Of a DNA stretch of 64,000 nucleotides, positions 37,060 to 51,959 are shown piece after piece. Position 1 is the stretch's first letter. Every line of letters begins with the position of its first letter. This stretch comes from Cetorhinus maximus (lineage: Eukaryota), in NCBI RefSeq assembly GCF_964194155.1, contig NC_135901.1, positions 18,662,001-18,726,000 of the forward strand, given 5' to 3'. The notes beneath the pieces were generated by a model, which was not told where the DNA came from, made no database searches, and saw only the letters and a program-made list of their open reading frames with translations. The position numbers were made by a program, and so were the translations under genes.

Positions 37060-40000
37060 CTCAACTGCAGGAGGGGGAGGAAAAAGAGGGGAAGAGCAAT
37101 AGTGGTAGGAGACTCGATTGTAAGGGGAACAGAGGCGTTTCTGCGGCCGTAGACATGACTCCAGGATGGTATGTTGCCTCCTTAGTGCCAGGGTCAAGGA
37201 TGTCACTGAACGGCTGCAGGGCATTTGAAAGGGAGAGGGCAAACAGACAGAGATCATGGTACATATTGGTACCAATGACATAGGTAGAAAGAGGGATCCT
37301 GCAAGCAAAATTTAGGGAGCTAGGAAGCAGATTAAAAAACAGGACCTCAAAGGTAGTAATCTCTGCATTACTTCCAGTACCATGCGCTAGTGAGTATAGA
37401 AATAGTAGGTTAGTCCAGATGAATGTGTGGCTGGAGAGAGGGCTTTAGATTTCTGGGACACTGGAACCGTTTCCGGTGGGACCTGTACAAGGTGGATGGG
37501 TTGCACCTGAGCCGGAATGGGACCAACATCATTGTGGGGAGGTTTGCTCGTGCTGTTGGGGAGGGTTTAAACTAACTTAGCAGGGAGATGCGATCCTTAG
37601 AGGAGGTTCAGCAGGGGGAACCAAAATTAGAAGAGAGAGCGAGTGAGTCTGGAAGGCATAGAAATTATAGGCCAGTTAAGGCACAAGGGAGTTTGGCAAG
37701 GTTGGATGGTTTTTATTTTAATGCAAGGAGTCTGATGAATAAGGCAGATGAGTTGAGGGCACAAATTAACACATGGAAGTATGATGTCATTGCTGTCACA
37801 GAGATGTGGTTGATAGAGGGGCAGGATCGGCAGCTCAATATTCCAGGATATAGGGTCTTCAGGCAAGACAGGGAAGGAGATAAGAGAGGAGGGGGTATTG
37901 CAATATTGAATAAGAAATCAATTATAGCAATAAGGAGAGATGACATCTTAGAAGGCTCCTCAAGTGAAGCCACATGGGTAGAACAGAAAAACAAAAAAGG
38001 AGCAATCACATTGCTGGGAGTGTACAATAGGCCCCCAAACAGTCAGAGAGAAATAGAAGAGCAGATATGTAGGCAAATTCCAGAGAAGTGTAAAAATAAT
38101 AGGGTAGTAAATATGGGCGATTTCAACTTGCCCAACATTAACTGGGTTAGTCATAGTTGTGATAGGTTTAGAGGGAGCGGAATTCTTAAAATGCATCCAG
38201 GAGTGCTTATTAAGCCAATATGTAGAAGGTCCTACAAGAGAGGAGGCGGTCCTGGACTTAATATTAGGGAATGAAGCCGGGCAAATGGTAGAGGTATCAG
38301 TGGGGGAGCATTTTGCAGGTAGTGATCATAACTCCGTTAGGTTAAAGGTTGTTATGGAAAAGGGCAAGGATGGGCCAGAAATCAGAGTTCTAAATTGGGG
38401 GAAGGCCGATTTTAATAAGATCAGATATGATTTGGCCAGAGTGGACTGGGAGCAGCTACTTTGAGGTAAATCTGCATCAGAGCAGTGGAACTCATTCAAG
38501 GAGGAAATAGGGAGAGTACAGGGCCAACATATTCCAGAAAGACAAAGGGTGGTACCAACAAGTTCAGGGAACCCTGGATGTTGAGGGATATACAGGATTG
38601 GATAAAGAGAAAGAGGGAGGCTTATGGCAAATACTGAGGGCTCAAAACAGCGGAAGCCCTAGAGGAGCATAGAATGTGTAGGGAGGAACTTAAAAAGGAA
38701 ATTAGAAAGCAGAAAACATCGGCAGGTAAAATAAAGGAAAATTCAAAGTTATTTTACAAGTACATGAAGAGTAAGAGGATAACTATGGAAAGAGTAGGGC
38801 CCATTAAGGACCATAGTGGCAGTTTGTGTGTGGAGCCGGAAGATGTAGGTAGAGTTCTCAGTGAATACTTTGTGTTGGTGTTCACAAGTGAGAGGGACGA
38901 CGTGGGTATGAAAATCAGGCAGAAGGACTGTGATATAATTGAAGAAATTAGCATAGAAATGGAGGAGGTTCTAAGTGGTCTGGCAGGCTTAAAAGTAGAT
39001 AAATCTCTGGGCCCGGATGAAATGTATCCCAGTCTGTTGAGTGAGGCAAGGGAGGAGATGGCAGGGGCACTGGCAATAATTTTCAATACCCCACAGGAGA
39101 GGAGCCAGAGGACTGGTGGACAGGTGGTACCGTTATTCAAGAAGGGAGGAAGGGATAAACCAGGGAACTACAGGCCAGTCAGTTTAACCTCAGTGGTGGG
39201 GAAACTATTGGAAACAATTCTGAGGGTCAGAGTTAATCTACACTTGGAGAGGCAGGGATTAATCAAGGACAGTCAGACCTTTGTTAAGGGGAGGTCATGT
39301 CTTACGACTTTGATTGAATTTTTCGAAGCAGTGACCAGGAGTGTAGATGAGGGCAATGCATTTGACGTAGTTTACTTGGACTTCAGCAAGGTATTTGATA
39401 AGGTCCCGCATGGGAGACTGATAATGAAGGTAAGAGTTCATGGGATCCAAGGCAGTTTGGCAAATTGGATCCAAAATTGGCTGAGTGGCAGGAAGCAGAG
39501 GGTGATGGTCGAGGGGTGTTTTTGTGACTGGATGCCTGTGTCCAGTAAGGTTCCACAGGGATCAGTGTTGGGTCCCTTGCAATTTGTGGTGTATATGAAT
39601 GACTTAGACTTGAATTTAGGATGGTTGATCAATAAGTTCGCAGGTAGAACAAAAATTGGTGGGGTGGTAAATAGTGAGGAGGATAGCCTTAGATTACAGG
39701 AGGACATAGACAGGCTGGTCAGATGGGCTGATCAATGGCAAATGGAATTTAATCTGGATAAGTGTGAGGTGATGCACTTGGGCAGGACAAAAAAGGCATG
39801 GGAATACACAATGAATGGTAGGACCCTGGGAAGTACCGAGGATCAGAGGGGCCTTGGTGTGCATGTCCACCGGTCCCTTAAGGTAGCAGGACAGGTAGAT
39901 AAGATGGTTAAGAAGGCACATAGGATACTGGCCTTAATTAGCCAAGGCATAGAATATAAGAGCAGGGAGCTTCTGCTGGAACTGTATGAAATGCTGGTTC

Positions 40001-40555
40001 GGCCACAACTGGAGTATTGCATGGAGTTCTGGAATCCGCATTATAGCAAGGATGTGATTGCACTAGAGAGAGAGAGCAGAGGTGATTTACCAGGATGTTG
40101 CCTGGGCTGGAGAGTTTTAGTTATGAGGAGAGATTGGATAGAATGGGGTTATTTTCCATGGAGCATAGGAGATTGAAGGGGGACATGATTGAGGTGTATT
40201 AAATTAGGAGGGGCATAAATAGGGAAGACAGGAAGGAACTTTTCCCTTTGATGGAGGGATCAATAACCAGGGTGCATAGATTTAAGGTAAGGGGCAGGAG
40301 GTTTAGAGGGGATGTGAGGAAGAATTTTTTCACCCAGAGGGTGGTGGGAATCTGGAACTCACTGCCTGAAAGGGTGATAGAGGCAGAAACCCTCATAACA
40401 TTTAAGAAGTATTTGGATATGCACTTGCGATGCCATGGCATACAAGGTTGGGCCTAGTGCTGGAAAACGCAATTAGAATAGTTTGATACTTGTTTGACTG
40501 GTGCAGACTCGATGGGCCAAAGGGCCTTCTTCAGTTCTGTAGACCTCTATGACTC
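37060..40555 (+). mobile_element. Near-full-length CR1 LINE (second subfamily), disrupted
   Basis: Esterase-like ORF1 remnant (HIGTNDI, DGLHL); FNARSL, AVTEMWL, GDFN, GSDHN; RT 38674-40176; tail gatgggccaaagggcc...ctatgactc. Confidence 0.93.
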
Positions 40556-40639
40556 GAAATATTGCCATCTAGGGAAGAGTGGCCATAATGGTATTTTATA
40601 TTGTGTTTGAAAGTGATTTAGTCAAGTCATAGAGGTCTA

Positions 40640-40705
40640 CAGAAGGAGGAGGAGAAGGAAGAGGTGAAGGATGAGGAGGAAGAGGAGCAGGAGAAGAAGA
40701 AGGAC
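40640..40705. repeat. (GAG/GAA)n purine microsatellite
   Basis: gaaggaggaggagaagg... Confidence 0.8.
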
Positions 40706-40729
40706 AACAAAACAATACTATTTCCATCA

Positions 40730-41600
40730 TTCATTAGGTATGGACATCACTGACTAGGTCAGCATTTATTGCCCATCCAAAACTGCCCTTGAGAAGGTGG
40801 TGGTGAGCCACCTCCTTGAACCACTGTAGTCCATGTAGTGTAGATGGTGACTGGCTTGGAGGGGAACTTGCAGGTTGTGGTGTTCTCTTGTGTCTGCTGC
40901 CCTTGTCCTTCCAGGTGGTAGATTTGCAAGTTTGGAAGGAGCTGTTGAAGGAGCCTTGGTGAGTTGCTGCAGCGCATCTTGTAGATGATGTCACTGTGGA
41001 TCGGTTGTCGAGCGAGTGAATGTTGAACGTGGTGGATTGGACACTAGTCAAGCGGGCTGCTCTGTGCGGGAGCGACACTCATCCAGGCAAGTGGAGAGTA
41101 TTCCATCACACTCCTGACTTGTGCCTTCTAGGTATTGGGGAGGCTTTGGGGAGTCAGGAGCTAAGAAACGCGCTGCAGAATTCCCAATCTCGACCTGCTC
41201 TTTTCACCACACTGTATCTAGGGGTTTTCTGGTCAATGGCAATCCCTAGGATGTTGATAGTGGAGGATTCAGTGATGGTAATGCCATTGAACATTAATGG
41301 GAGATGGTTAGATTCTCTTGTTGGAGCGAAAGTAACTTGCCACATGTCAGCCCAAGTCTGAATGTTGTCCAGGTCTTGCTGCATTTGGACACGACTGCTT
41401 CAATATCTGAGGAGTCATGAGTGGTGCTGAACATTGTGCAATCGCCAGTGAACATCCCCACTTCTGACCTTATGGAGGGAAGGTCATTGATGAAGCAGCT
41501 GAAGATGGTTGGGCCTAGGATACTACACTGAGGAATTCCTACAGCGATGTCCTGGGACTGAGATAATTGACCTCCAAAAGCCACAACCATCTTCCTTTGA
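40730..41600 (-). mobile_element. FADDCT-type CR1-group LINE fragment
   Basis: GIPQCSILGP...MFTGDCTMF; tail at ~40730. Confidence 0.8.
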
Positions 41601-41674
41601 AGAAGATAAAAACAGATCCCAATGAACGTGATTCAGTCCTGGATGTGGTTAACAGCAAAACAAAATCATAGTAG

Positions 41675-43140
41675 TTACTTGTGAACTTACTGGTGTGTCA
41701 GCAGGTGGGATGGCTGAGTGAATCTCTTCCCACACACAGAGCAGGTGAATGGTCTCTCCCCAGTGTGAATTCACTGCTATACAATAAGTTGAGGTGATTG
41801 CTTGAACCCAGTCGCACAGTGAGAGCACCTGAACAGTATCTCGTCAGTGTGAACACGTTGATGGTGCATCAGTTCCTTGCAACCTTCATAGCACTACCCA
41901 CAGTCTGGGCATTTAAAAGGTTTCTTGACAGTTTTGAACTCGCTGATGTGTCAGCAGGTGGGATGACTGAGTGAACCCCTTCCCACACTTGGAGCAGGTG
42001 AACGGCCTCTCCCCACTGTGAAGTCGCTGGTGCACAATGAGTTCAGATGATCGCTTGAACCCAGTACCACAGTGAGAGCACCTAAACGGTCTCTCATCAG
42101 TGTGAACACGTTGATGGGACATCAGTTCCCCAGAACTTTTATAGCACTTCCCACAGTCTGGACATTTAAAAGGTCTCTTATCAGTGTGAACTCGCTGGTG
42201 TGTTAGCAGGTGGGATGACTGCTTGAATCCCTTCCCACACACAGAGCAGGTGAACGGTCTCTCCCCAGTGTGAGTGAGTCGGTGTAAATTCAGGCTGCCG
42301 CACTGAATGAATCCTTTCCCACATACAGAGCAGGTGAATGGTCTCTCCCCAGTGTGAATGCGTTGATGTGCAGTGAGGGCTGAAAACTGCCTGAAACTCT
42401 TTCCACAGTGAGTGCAGCTGAATGGCTTCTCCTCGATGTGAATTCGCTGATGTGACAGAAAGCTGAATGATTTAGTAAATTCCTTCCCACACACAGAGCA
42501 GGTGAACGGCCTCTCCCCAGTGTGAACTCGCTTGTGTGCATTGAGGTTGGATGAAGACCTGAACCTCTTTCCACAGAAAGTGCAGCTGAACGGCCTCTCC
42601 TCAATGTGAATTCTCTGGTGTGAGAGCAGTTTGGATGACAGAGTAAATCCCTTCCCACACACGGAACAGGTGAACGGCTTCTCTCCCCAGTGTGAACTCG
42701 CTGATGTGCACTGAGGTTGGATGAACACGAGAACTTCTTTCCACAGAAAGTGCAGCTGAAAGGTCTCTCCTCAGTGTGAACTCGCTGGTGTAAAAGTAGG
42801 TGGGATGACAGAGTAAATCCCTTCCCACACACTGAACAGGTGAATGGCCTCTCCCCAGTGTGACTGCGTCGATGGTTTTCCAGCAGGTATGGATAACTGA
42901 ATCCTTTATCACAATCCTCACATTTCCACGGTTTCTCAATGAACCTGGCTTCCTTGTGTCTCTCCAGGTTGGACAATCAGTTGAAGCCTCAGCCACACAC
43001 AGAACACGTGTGTGATTTCTCCCTGCTGTGATGTTTTTTCAGGCAGAATAACTGGTTAAAGCTCTTTCCACAGTCACTACACTTGAACACTCTCACTCGG
43101 GTATATGTGTGTATCTTGGTGCTTTTCCAGTCACACTGAA
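41675..43140 (-). pseudogene. C2H2 ZNF pseudogene (~15 fingers, frameshifts ~42680 and ~41920)
   Basis: ORFs 42290-42976 and 41913-42728 overlap in different frames; terminal fingers contain stops; leader 43290-43430. Confidence 0.85.
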
Positions 43141-44179
43141 TTTTGAAATCTTCTTTCACATACAGAAGAGAGAAATATTTCTCCTTCCATGGTCACGGGA
43201 TGTGGGCTTCGCTGGCTGGGCCAGCATTTATTGCCCATCCTTAGTTGCCCTTGAAAAGGTGGTGGTGAGCTGCCTGTTTAGGTTGTGATAAATCAAATGG
43301 CTCTGTCAGACCTTGACGTGAAGTTTAGTTTGAGTTTCCTGTCTGTAAATCCTCCTCTTCTAATAACCTGGAAAAGGAATTTACAAAATTAATTCAGAAC
43401 AAACAATTCTAGTTTCTGTGGAACATTTTTCCTCTCATCTACTCAGAGCTATAAATCCCTGTCCCACACACACTCCCTCATCCCTAGGCTGGAATCCAAA
43501 CTTATTGCACCATCTGAAGTCTCCACTCTGAGCTTCCCCTCAAGCTCTCCGCACCCCCAACCCAGACTGGCTGAATTCAGTTTTCTGTCCTGTGTGCAGA
43601 GTGAGAGTAAAATCAACGAGTCAATAAATTTTCTCTCCTGGTCACAGGCCCCTGAAGTCCCACCCACTCTGTGTTGCATTACCACAATGACCACACATGT
43701 GCTCTGCTCGCCGCTGAAACATGAAGACCACCAACATGGGCCTGTTCCCGGGAAAGGCTGCATTTATTTGTGCCACAACACCAGGGGAAGTACTTCCTGC
43801 ACCAACACAAGGACAATTTCGGACGCGAAAAGTCAGAGATGGTTTTAAGTGCAGCTGGTGCCTTATATCTCATTTTACTATTTGCTGCTGGACTGACATT
43901 CTAAATTAAGTTTTGAAATACAAGCTGAAATCTGGTATTAGGGAGTAAATTAAAACACAATCATGTTAGGATCGACTGTTCCCCAAAATCCTGTCAGTCA
44001 AATTCTCATCAGAAACACATCAGGGGATTGTATTTTAATAGGTCTTTTCACAGATACTATAAAATTACTTTTAAAAAATATATGAACATATTCTTGGGTA
44101 GATAAATAATAAATAACAATATTTAATAGAACAACCACCCAATGTGGGGTTCGACACTCTGACTCTGGGTTTCTGATCT

Positions 44180-44700
44180 CCATTAACCACTAACTGAGCG
44201 GCCGCTTTGCGGATCCACAAAGTGTTTCCAAATCCTCCCCGTCCAGCCGCCGGCTCCATCGCTCCCTCCGCCCCCCCCCCCGGGCCTGTCACCGCGGGGT
44301 AAACACGGGGCCTGGGGCCTGGGGCCTACCCCAGAAGTTGATCCAGTTCTCAGTCCAGCCGCGGTTTCCATTCCTACCCTGTGCCCACAATCTCCTCCCG
44401 CCTCCCAAACCGTCCGCTCCTCCTCACTCTGTCACCATGACACACTGAGCATGCTCAGAGCGTACACCCACACTGCACCTGCGCACTGGGAGGGGCTAAA
44501 CCACCCGCCGCCATCTTGGCAGAGGAAGGCGAGTCTTGTTGAGGGAGCGGGCACATGGACGGCCATCTTGGTGAGGGAAGGGGTGAGTGAGGACGGGGCT
44601 TCCTCCCCGGTGATAGGCCCGGGTTACCCGGGCAACCGGCCGCCGCCATCTTGTGCTGAGGGTTTTCCATCCGGGTCTTTAGTGAAGGAATGGACAATGA
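44180..44700. promoter_or_regulatory. CpG island / bidirectional promoter between ZNF 41675-43140 (-) and 48459-49232 (+)
   Basis: YY1 gccgccatcttg ~44507 and ~44642, ggccatcttgg ~44560; plus-strand donor gg|gtgagt ~44583; 44220-44270 matches arm B. Confidence 0.65.
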
Positions 44701-44794
44701 ACTGAGTCAGTTTGAAAACTGTTCAGAGGAAGGTCTGAAATCAGATTTACATCCAGATACCTGTAAGGACAATAAACTTTACATCAATTATGTG

Positions 44795-44965
44795 TTTAAA
44801 ATGAAATCAGAATGCTAGAAATACTCAGTTCTGAAGAAGAATCATATTGGATTGGAAATGTTAAATCAGTTTCTCTCTCCTCACAGAAGCTGCCAAACCT
44901 GCTGAGGATTTCCAGAACTTTCTGTTTTTATTTCAGATTTCCAGCATCCACCGTATTTTACTAAA
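44795..44965 (+). mobile_element. Old Penelope-type unit with degenerate hammerhead
   Basis: agtt-CTGAAGA-a-gaatc..gattg-GAAA-tgtt at 44827-44865; short inverted arm on the left. Confidence 0.55.
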
Positions 44966-45294
44966 ATTATTATGTTTCTTTGAAATTTTGTTGAATTAGT
45001 TAAGAGTAAAATAATTGTTACCATTTAAATGTACAAATCAGTGATATTTATTTATGTAACCGAGACTCGGCTGTTCAGGAACAATGTCAGAAATCAGTTC
45101 ACAGAAAATATAGTGGAAATCTGGAATTCTGTTGCGATTCAGTGAATTGAAAATTTAAAAACTGAGATTGCTGGACATTTGTGAGGCAAGAGAGAATTAA
45201 GGGTCATGGAATAAAGGGAGATGGATGGATTTAACATAAAAATCAGGCATCTGCATACGAGAGCTCAGTGTCTGAGGTTGGACTGATTCTGATT

Positions 45295-47700
45295 ATATTT
45301 TGAAGGCAGTGTTCGTTTCCTGTTTCTTTTGTAGATTATCTCCACGCCTGTGGACAATTTGCACAAAGTGAGATACAGGGAAGAAACTGGAGAAGAGGGT
45401 TGGTGCAATGACACTGCCTTGTCTGATCCCAGTTTTCACTGAGATAGGGTCTGTAGTGTTTCCATTGATGAGGATTACGGCTTGGAGAAGGATCCAGGAT
45501 AATACTTTACTTTTGAACTTGTAACCGTCTTTTTTGAGGTCCAAAAAGGCCAAGGACAGTGGTTGGTGCTGTTACTTGCATTTTTCTTGGGCTTTCCACA
45601 CAGTGAAGATCATGTCTGTGATGTCTCCCAATGGGGGAAACCTCACTGTGACTCTGGAAGGAGCTCATTGGCCACGAAGAGAAGATGATTGAGGAGGTTC
45701 CTTGCAATGAATTTTCCTGTGGCAGGCAGCAGGGAGTCTCCTCTGTAATTACCGCAATTAGACTTGTCTCCCTTCTTGAATATATTCACAATCTGACTGT
45801 CCCAGAGATCCCCCATCATGGATCCCTCTTCGCTAGTGAGGAATACATGGCTATGCAGCCGGGCCAGGAATATAACTCCACTGTGTTTCAGAATTTCAGC
45901 AGGGATTCCATCTGCTCCAGAAAATCTTGGTTTTTTTCAGCTGTCAAATAGCTTTTGCATTTTTGCTGTGGACCGTGGGCGCGCCGAGACTGAGCAGGAC
46001 AGGGTATTGAGGAATGGAGTTGTGGACGTTCAATTCAAGAAAGGCAGTATAAAAGCAACATCCTCTCCCAAGCCAACTCACCCAGCATCGCGGGGCTAAT
46101 CACTCAAAACCAGCTCTGCTGGATGGGACATGTTACTCGTATTCCTGACACCAGACGCATAAAGCAACTGCTCTACTCGGAACTCAGTCACAGCAGGAGA
46201 CTCCAGGAGGACAGCAGAAATGCTTTAGAGATCTCCTCAACATGCCCCTGAAGAGATCAAAATATCCCCACCAACTCCCTGGATTGTGAATGGTCAACAT
46301 GGAGAAGGCTCATTTGGGAAGGCACCACATCAAAGTTTATTGCAGAAAATAAAAGCTCATGGTGTAGGGGGTAATATATTAGCCTGGATAGAAGATTAGC
46401 TAGCTGGGAGAAAACAGAGAGTATGCATAAATGGGTCTTTGTCTGATTGGCAGGATGTGATGACTGAGGTCCCACAGGGGACTGTGCTGAGGCCTCAACT
46501 TTTTCCAATTAAATCAATGACTTTGATGAAGTGAGCGAAGGTATGGTAGCTACATTTGCAGACAACACAAAGGTAGGTAGGAAAATATGTTGTGAAGAAG
46601 ACATAAGGAGTTTTCAGATGGATATAGATAAGTTGAGTGAGTGGAATATAACATGGAATATAATGTGGGAAAATGTGAAGTTGTTCACTTTGGCAGGAAG
46701 AATAAAAAAGCAGAGAATTACTTAAACAGAGGACTGCAGAACTGCGAGGTGCAGAGGGATCTAGGTGTTCTGGTGCATGAGTCACCAAAAGTTAGTATGC
46801 AGGTACAGCATGTAATCAAGAATGCTAATAGAATGCTATCCTTTATTTCAAGAGGAATTGAACATAAAAGTAAGGATGTTATGCTTCAGTTATATCGAGC
46901 AGGGCATCGGTGAGACCACATCTCAAATATTGTGTGCAGTTTTTGTTTCCTTATTTAAGAAAGGACGTAAATGCATTGGAGGCGGTTCAGAGGAGGTTTA
47001 CTAGATTGATACCTGGAATGAGTGGGTTGTCTTATGAGGATAGGTTGGACAGGCTGGGCTTATTTCCGCTGGAGCTTAGAAGAGTGAGGGGTGGCTTGAT
47101 TGAAGTATAGAAGATCCTGAATGATCTTGATAAGGTGGACATGGAAAGGATGTTTCCTCTTGTGGATGAGTACAGAACTAGGGGGCACTGTTTGCAAATT
47201 AGGGGTCACCCTTATAGGACAGAGGTGAGGAGAAGTCTTTTCTCTAGGAAGGTTGTGCGACTTTGGAACTCTGCCTCAGAAGGTGGTGGAGGCTGGGTCA
47301 CTGAATATTTTTAAGGCGAAGGTAGATGGATTCTTGTTAGGCAAGGGAATCCCAGATTATCGGGGTAGATGGGAATGTGGAATTCAACACAAACAGATCA
47401 GCCATGATCTTATTGAATGGTGGAGCAGGCTCGAGTGGCCTAATGGCCGACTTGTGGTCCTGTTTCGTATGTTCGAGTACATCGAGACACTTGGTCGGGA
47501 ACACGCAGAGGCGAAGTTGAAGCATCTGAGAGAACGCACGACCCTGCAAACTACCCATCTACCCAACCCTTCAGGCAGCACCTGCCCCGCGTGTGACAGA
47601 GTCTGCAGATCAGGCATTGGACTTATCAGCCATTTCAGAACACATCAAATCAGAGTGGAAGCAAGTCATCCTTGATCCTGAGGGACTACCTGAGAAATAG
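45295..47700. mobile_element. RTE-clade LINE with inverted 5' part (minus 45295-46040; plus 46040-46330 and 47475-47700)
   Basis: Minus: SGADGIPAEILK, DMIF, KTGIRQGSVIAPTLF; plus: QLCWMGHV..KQLLYSEL, CPACDRVCRSGIGLISHFRTH and tail. Confidence 0.75.
46330..47475 (+). mobile_element. CR1 3' fragment nested in the RTE
   Basis: FADNTKVG, RPHLKYCVQF, CR1 tail. Confidence 0.85.
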
Positions 47701-48458
47701 AGAGTCAGGACAGATCCAGGAGATTGGCCTTCCTTCCCAGTGACAGGCCCAGGTTACCCCAGCTGCTGGTTGCCAGTTGAGTGAGGAAGGTGGGGCTTGT
47801 TCAGCAGGGTGCAAGGGCAGCCGTCTTGATGAGAGGACATCAGGACTTCACGGTACTAGTGACCAGGAGAGAAAATGATTGATTCATTGATTTTACTCTC
47901 AGTCTGCAAACAGGGAGTGGCAAACTGAACCCAGCCAGAGTGGAGGGAGAGAGAAAACTGGGGATGGAGGAAAGAAACTTAACTGGATTCTGCAGAGGCA
48001 AGAGGGAGAGTGTGTGGGATGTGGAGCAAAAATAAAAAGCGTTCCACAGAAACTAGAATTGTCTGTTCTGAATTTCTAACCTGGACTTACAGTGATGACA
48101 TTTGTAAACTCCTTTCACAGGGCATTGGAAGGAGAGGATTTACAGACAGGAAACTCAAACCAAACATCACATCAAGATCTGATGGAACCACTCAATGCAT
48201 CTGGACCTGAATATCATTGGCCTCTGAATGTGGAAGGAGAAATGTTTGTCTGTGAGAAAAGATTTCAAACACCAGTGTGATTGGAAAAGCACCAAGACAC
48301 GCACATCTGAGGGAGAGTGTTCCAGTGAACTGACTGTGGAAAGAGCTTCAACCAGTTACACTGTCTGAAAAACATCACACCATTCACAGTGGGGAGAAAC
48401 TGTACACTGTTCTGTGTGCGTACAGGGCTTCAACTGATCATCCAACCTGGAGAGACAC

Positions 48459-49232
48459 ATGGACACCCACACCATAGAGAAACCCTGGAAATGCGGGGAC
48501 TGTGGGAGGGGATTCACTTGGCCATCCCAGCTGGAAATCCATCGACGCAGTCACACTGGGGAGAGACCGTTCACCTGCTCTGTGTGTGGGAAGGGATTCA
48601 GAGAGTCATCCAACCTGCTGACACACCAGCGAGTGCACACTGAGGAGAGACCTTTTAAATGCCCAGACTGCGGGAAGTGCTATAAAAGTTCTGGGGACCT
48701 GATGTCCCATCAACGTGTTCACACTGACGAGAGGCCATTCAGGTGCTTTCAGTGTGGAACTGGGTTCAGAAAATCATCTGAGTTCACTGTACACCAGCGC
48801 ACTCACACTAGGGAGAGGCCATTCACCTGCTTTGTGTGTGACAAGGGATTTATTAATTCATCCAACCTGCTGAGACACCAGCGTATTCACTCTGATATGA
48901 GAACTTTTAAATGTTCTGACTGTGAGGAGAGCTTTAAAAGCAACAATAATCTGTTGAGACACCGACGCACTCACACTGGAGAGAGGCCCTTCACCTGCTC
49001 TGTTTGTGGGAAGGGATTCACTCGGTCATCCACCCTGCTGACACACCAACGAGTACACACTGGGGAAAGGCCCTTCACCTGCTCCGTGTGTGGGAAGGGA
49101 TTCATTTGTTCATCCCATCTGCTGAAACACCAACGCACTCATACCGGGGAGAAGCCATTCACATGCTCTGTGTGTGGGAAGGGATTCACTCAGTCATCTA
49201 ACCTGCTGACTCACCAGCGAGTTCACAAGTGA
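48459..49232 (+). CDS. C2H2 zinc-finger protein, 9 fingers
   Basis: Open 257-aa ORF from ATG 48459; acceptor cctttcacag| 48120; disabled fingers 48240-48458. Confidence 0.82.
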   Translation: MDTHTIEKPWKCGDCGRGFTWPSQLEIHRRSHTGERPFTCSVCGKGFRESSNLLTHQRVHTEERPFKCPDCGKCYKSSGDLMSHQRVHTDERPFRCFQCGTGFRKSSEFTVHQRTHTRERPFTCFVCDKGFINSSNLLRHQRIHSDMRTFKCSDCEESFKSNNNLLRHRRTHTGERPFTCSVCGKGFTRSSTLLTHQRVHTGERPFTCSVCGKGFICSSHLLKHQRTHTGEKPFTCSVCGKGFTQSSNLLTHQRVHK

Positions 49233-49589
49233 ATGCAGAGGCTGGATTCTTCAGTTATTGCTGCTGTTAATCACATTGAGGACTGAACACTTGGGTTAAT
49301 CCTGAGGTGTGTAAGAAATGTTTCCCAGCTGCTCTCTTCCATGGTTCAGAGCTCCAAGACACAGAACAGAAGGCACCTTTACAACTGTGTTGAGAGTCAG
49401 GAAGAAAAACGGCGAATACTGGAAACGTGCTGTCAAATCAGAGATTGGTGTAAAACTGATCTGTTCCTGACTGAAAGTGAAACGGCAGGTTTAAGTTTCC
49501 AGTCGGAAACTGATTGTGGTAATTACGGTTTGAGGATTTAGTGTTGTGTGGTATTTCTGATTCCACCAATGTAAGGTTGCAAGTTACAT

Positions 49590-49840
49590 TTGGTGACCAT
49601 GAAACTATCATAGATTGTTGTAAAACCCATCTGCTTCATTGACGTCCTTTAGGGAAGGAAATCTGCCGACCTTTCTTGGTCTGGTCTACATGTGACTCCA
49701 GATCCACAGCAATGTGGTTGACTCTTAACTGTCCTCTGAAGTAGCCTCGTGAGCCTCTCAGTTCAAGGGCAATTAGGGATGGGCAACAAATGGTGACCTT
49801 GCTAGTGATACCCACATCCCATGAAAGAATAAGGAAAAAA
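49590..49840 (+). mobile_element. SINE body/tail
   Basis: Same family as 10895-11070. Confidence 0.7.
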
Positions 49841-50441
49841 ATTATATAGAGCCTTCAACACAGTAAGACATCCCAAGGTGCTTCACAGATGATGAAAAGC
49901 TTGGTCAAAGAGGTAGATTTTAAGAAGTATCTTAAGGGAGGTGGGAGAGGTTTAGAGAGAATTCCAGAGCTCGGGACCTTGGCAGCTGAAAGCACGGCCA
50001 CCAATGGTGGAGTGATATATGCGGATGGCAGCAGGGGGAAGGAAGGGTTCAGAATTGGAGGAGCGCAGGGACTTGAAGTGTCGTAGGGCTTGAGGAGGGA
50101 CCAGAGGCTATCTGTCATGGAGAGAGTGGCTGCTTTCATGGAGCCCACTGGCCCTGTGTTTACAGAATTAGATCAGCCATGAGCTTATTGAATGGTGGAG
50201 CAGGCTCGAGGGGCAGAATAGCCTTGTCCTGTTCCTATTTCATATGACCTAATGAAGGTTGGCCTGTTCAGTGTTCGGGCCATCTTGGTGGGGGAACGGA
50301 GAATGGCTGGAGCTTCAGCATCCCAGTGACCAGGAGAGAAAATGATTGAGGAGAGAGAGTGTTTCATGGAAACTAGAATTATCCATTCGGAATTTCTATC
50401 CTATACCGACAATGGGGACTTTTGTAAACTCATTTTAACAG

Positions 50442-51556
<1,115 letters not shown>

Positions 51557-51959
51557 TTACACGGATTGGATTCTGCTGTTATTGATGCCGTTAATTACAT
51601 CCAGGACTGATAGTCTAACAATGTTTAGTTTGTTCCTTCTAATGTAAACTGGCTGGAGTTTAATATTTTGGATCTGTTACTGATTTTAGAGGCTGCAGTG
51701 TCCCTTTTTAAAGGTACCATCTGTGACCGGTCCCCATAATTCAAGAACTCTCAACGGGAACTCATTTACAATAAAACTCTAAACTTTTACTTCAATCTAA
51801 ATTTATCATTGCTGCAAAATCTACAATTCAGTGCCTGATTAACATCTTCGATTAGAAAGCGCTGATTAATCCCTGCTGACAATTCATACTGACTTGGACA
51901 TTCTTCACAGTGACATCTCCATTATGAAATTAAATTATCATGGAATATGAACAAAATAG

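Noticed and set aside
47560-47650. Extra C2H2 finger as another ZNF gene (also 61990-62060)
   Set aside because: C-terminal zinc knuckle of RTE LINEs
48090-48185. C/D-box snoRNA in the leader (GTGATGA...CTGA ~90 nt apart)
   Set aside because: The C box is not kept in most paralogs (14670, 33245, 50410), there is no convincing terminal stem, and it straddles a splice acceptor
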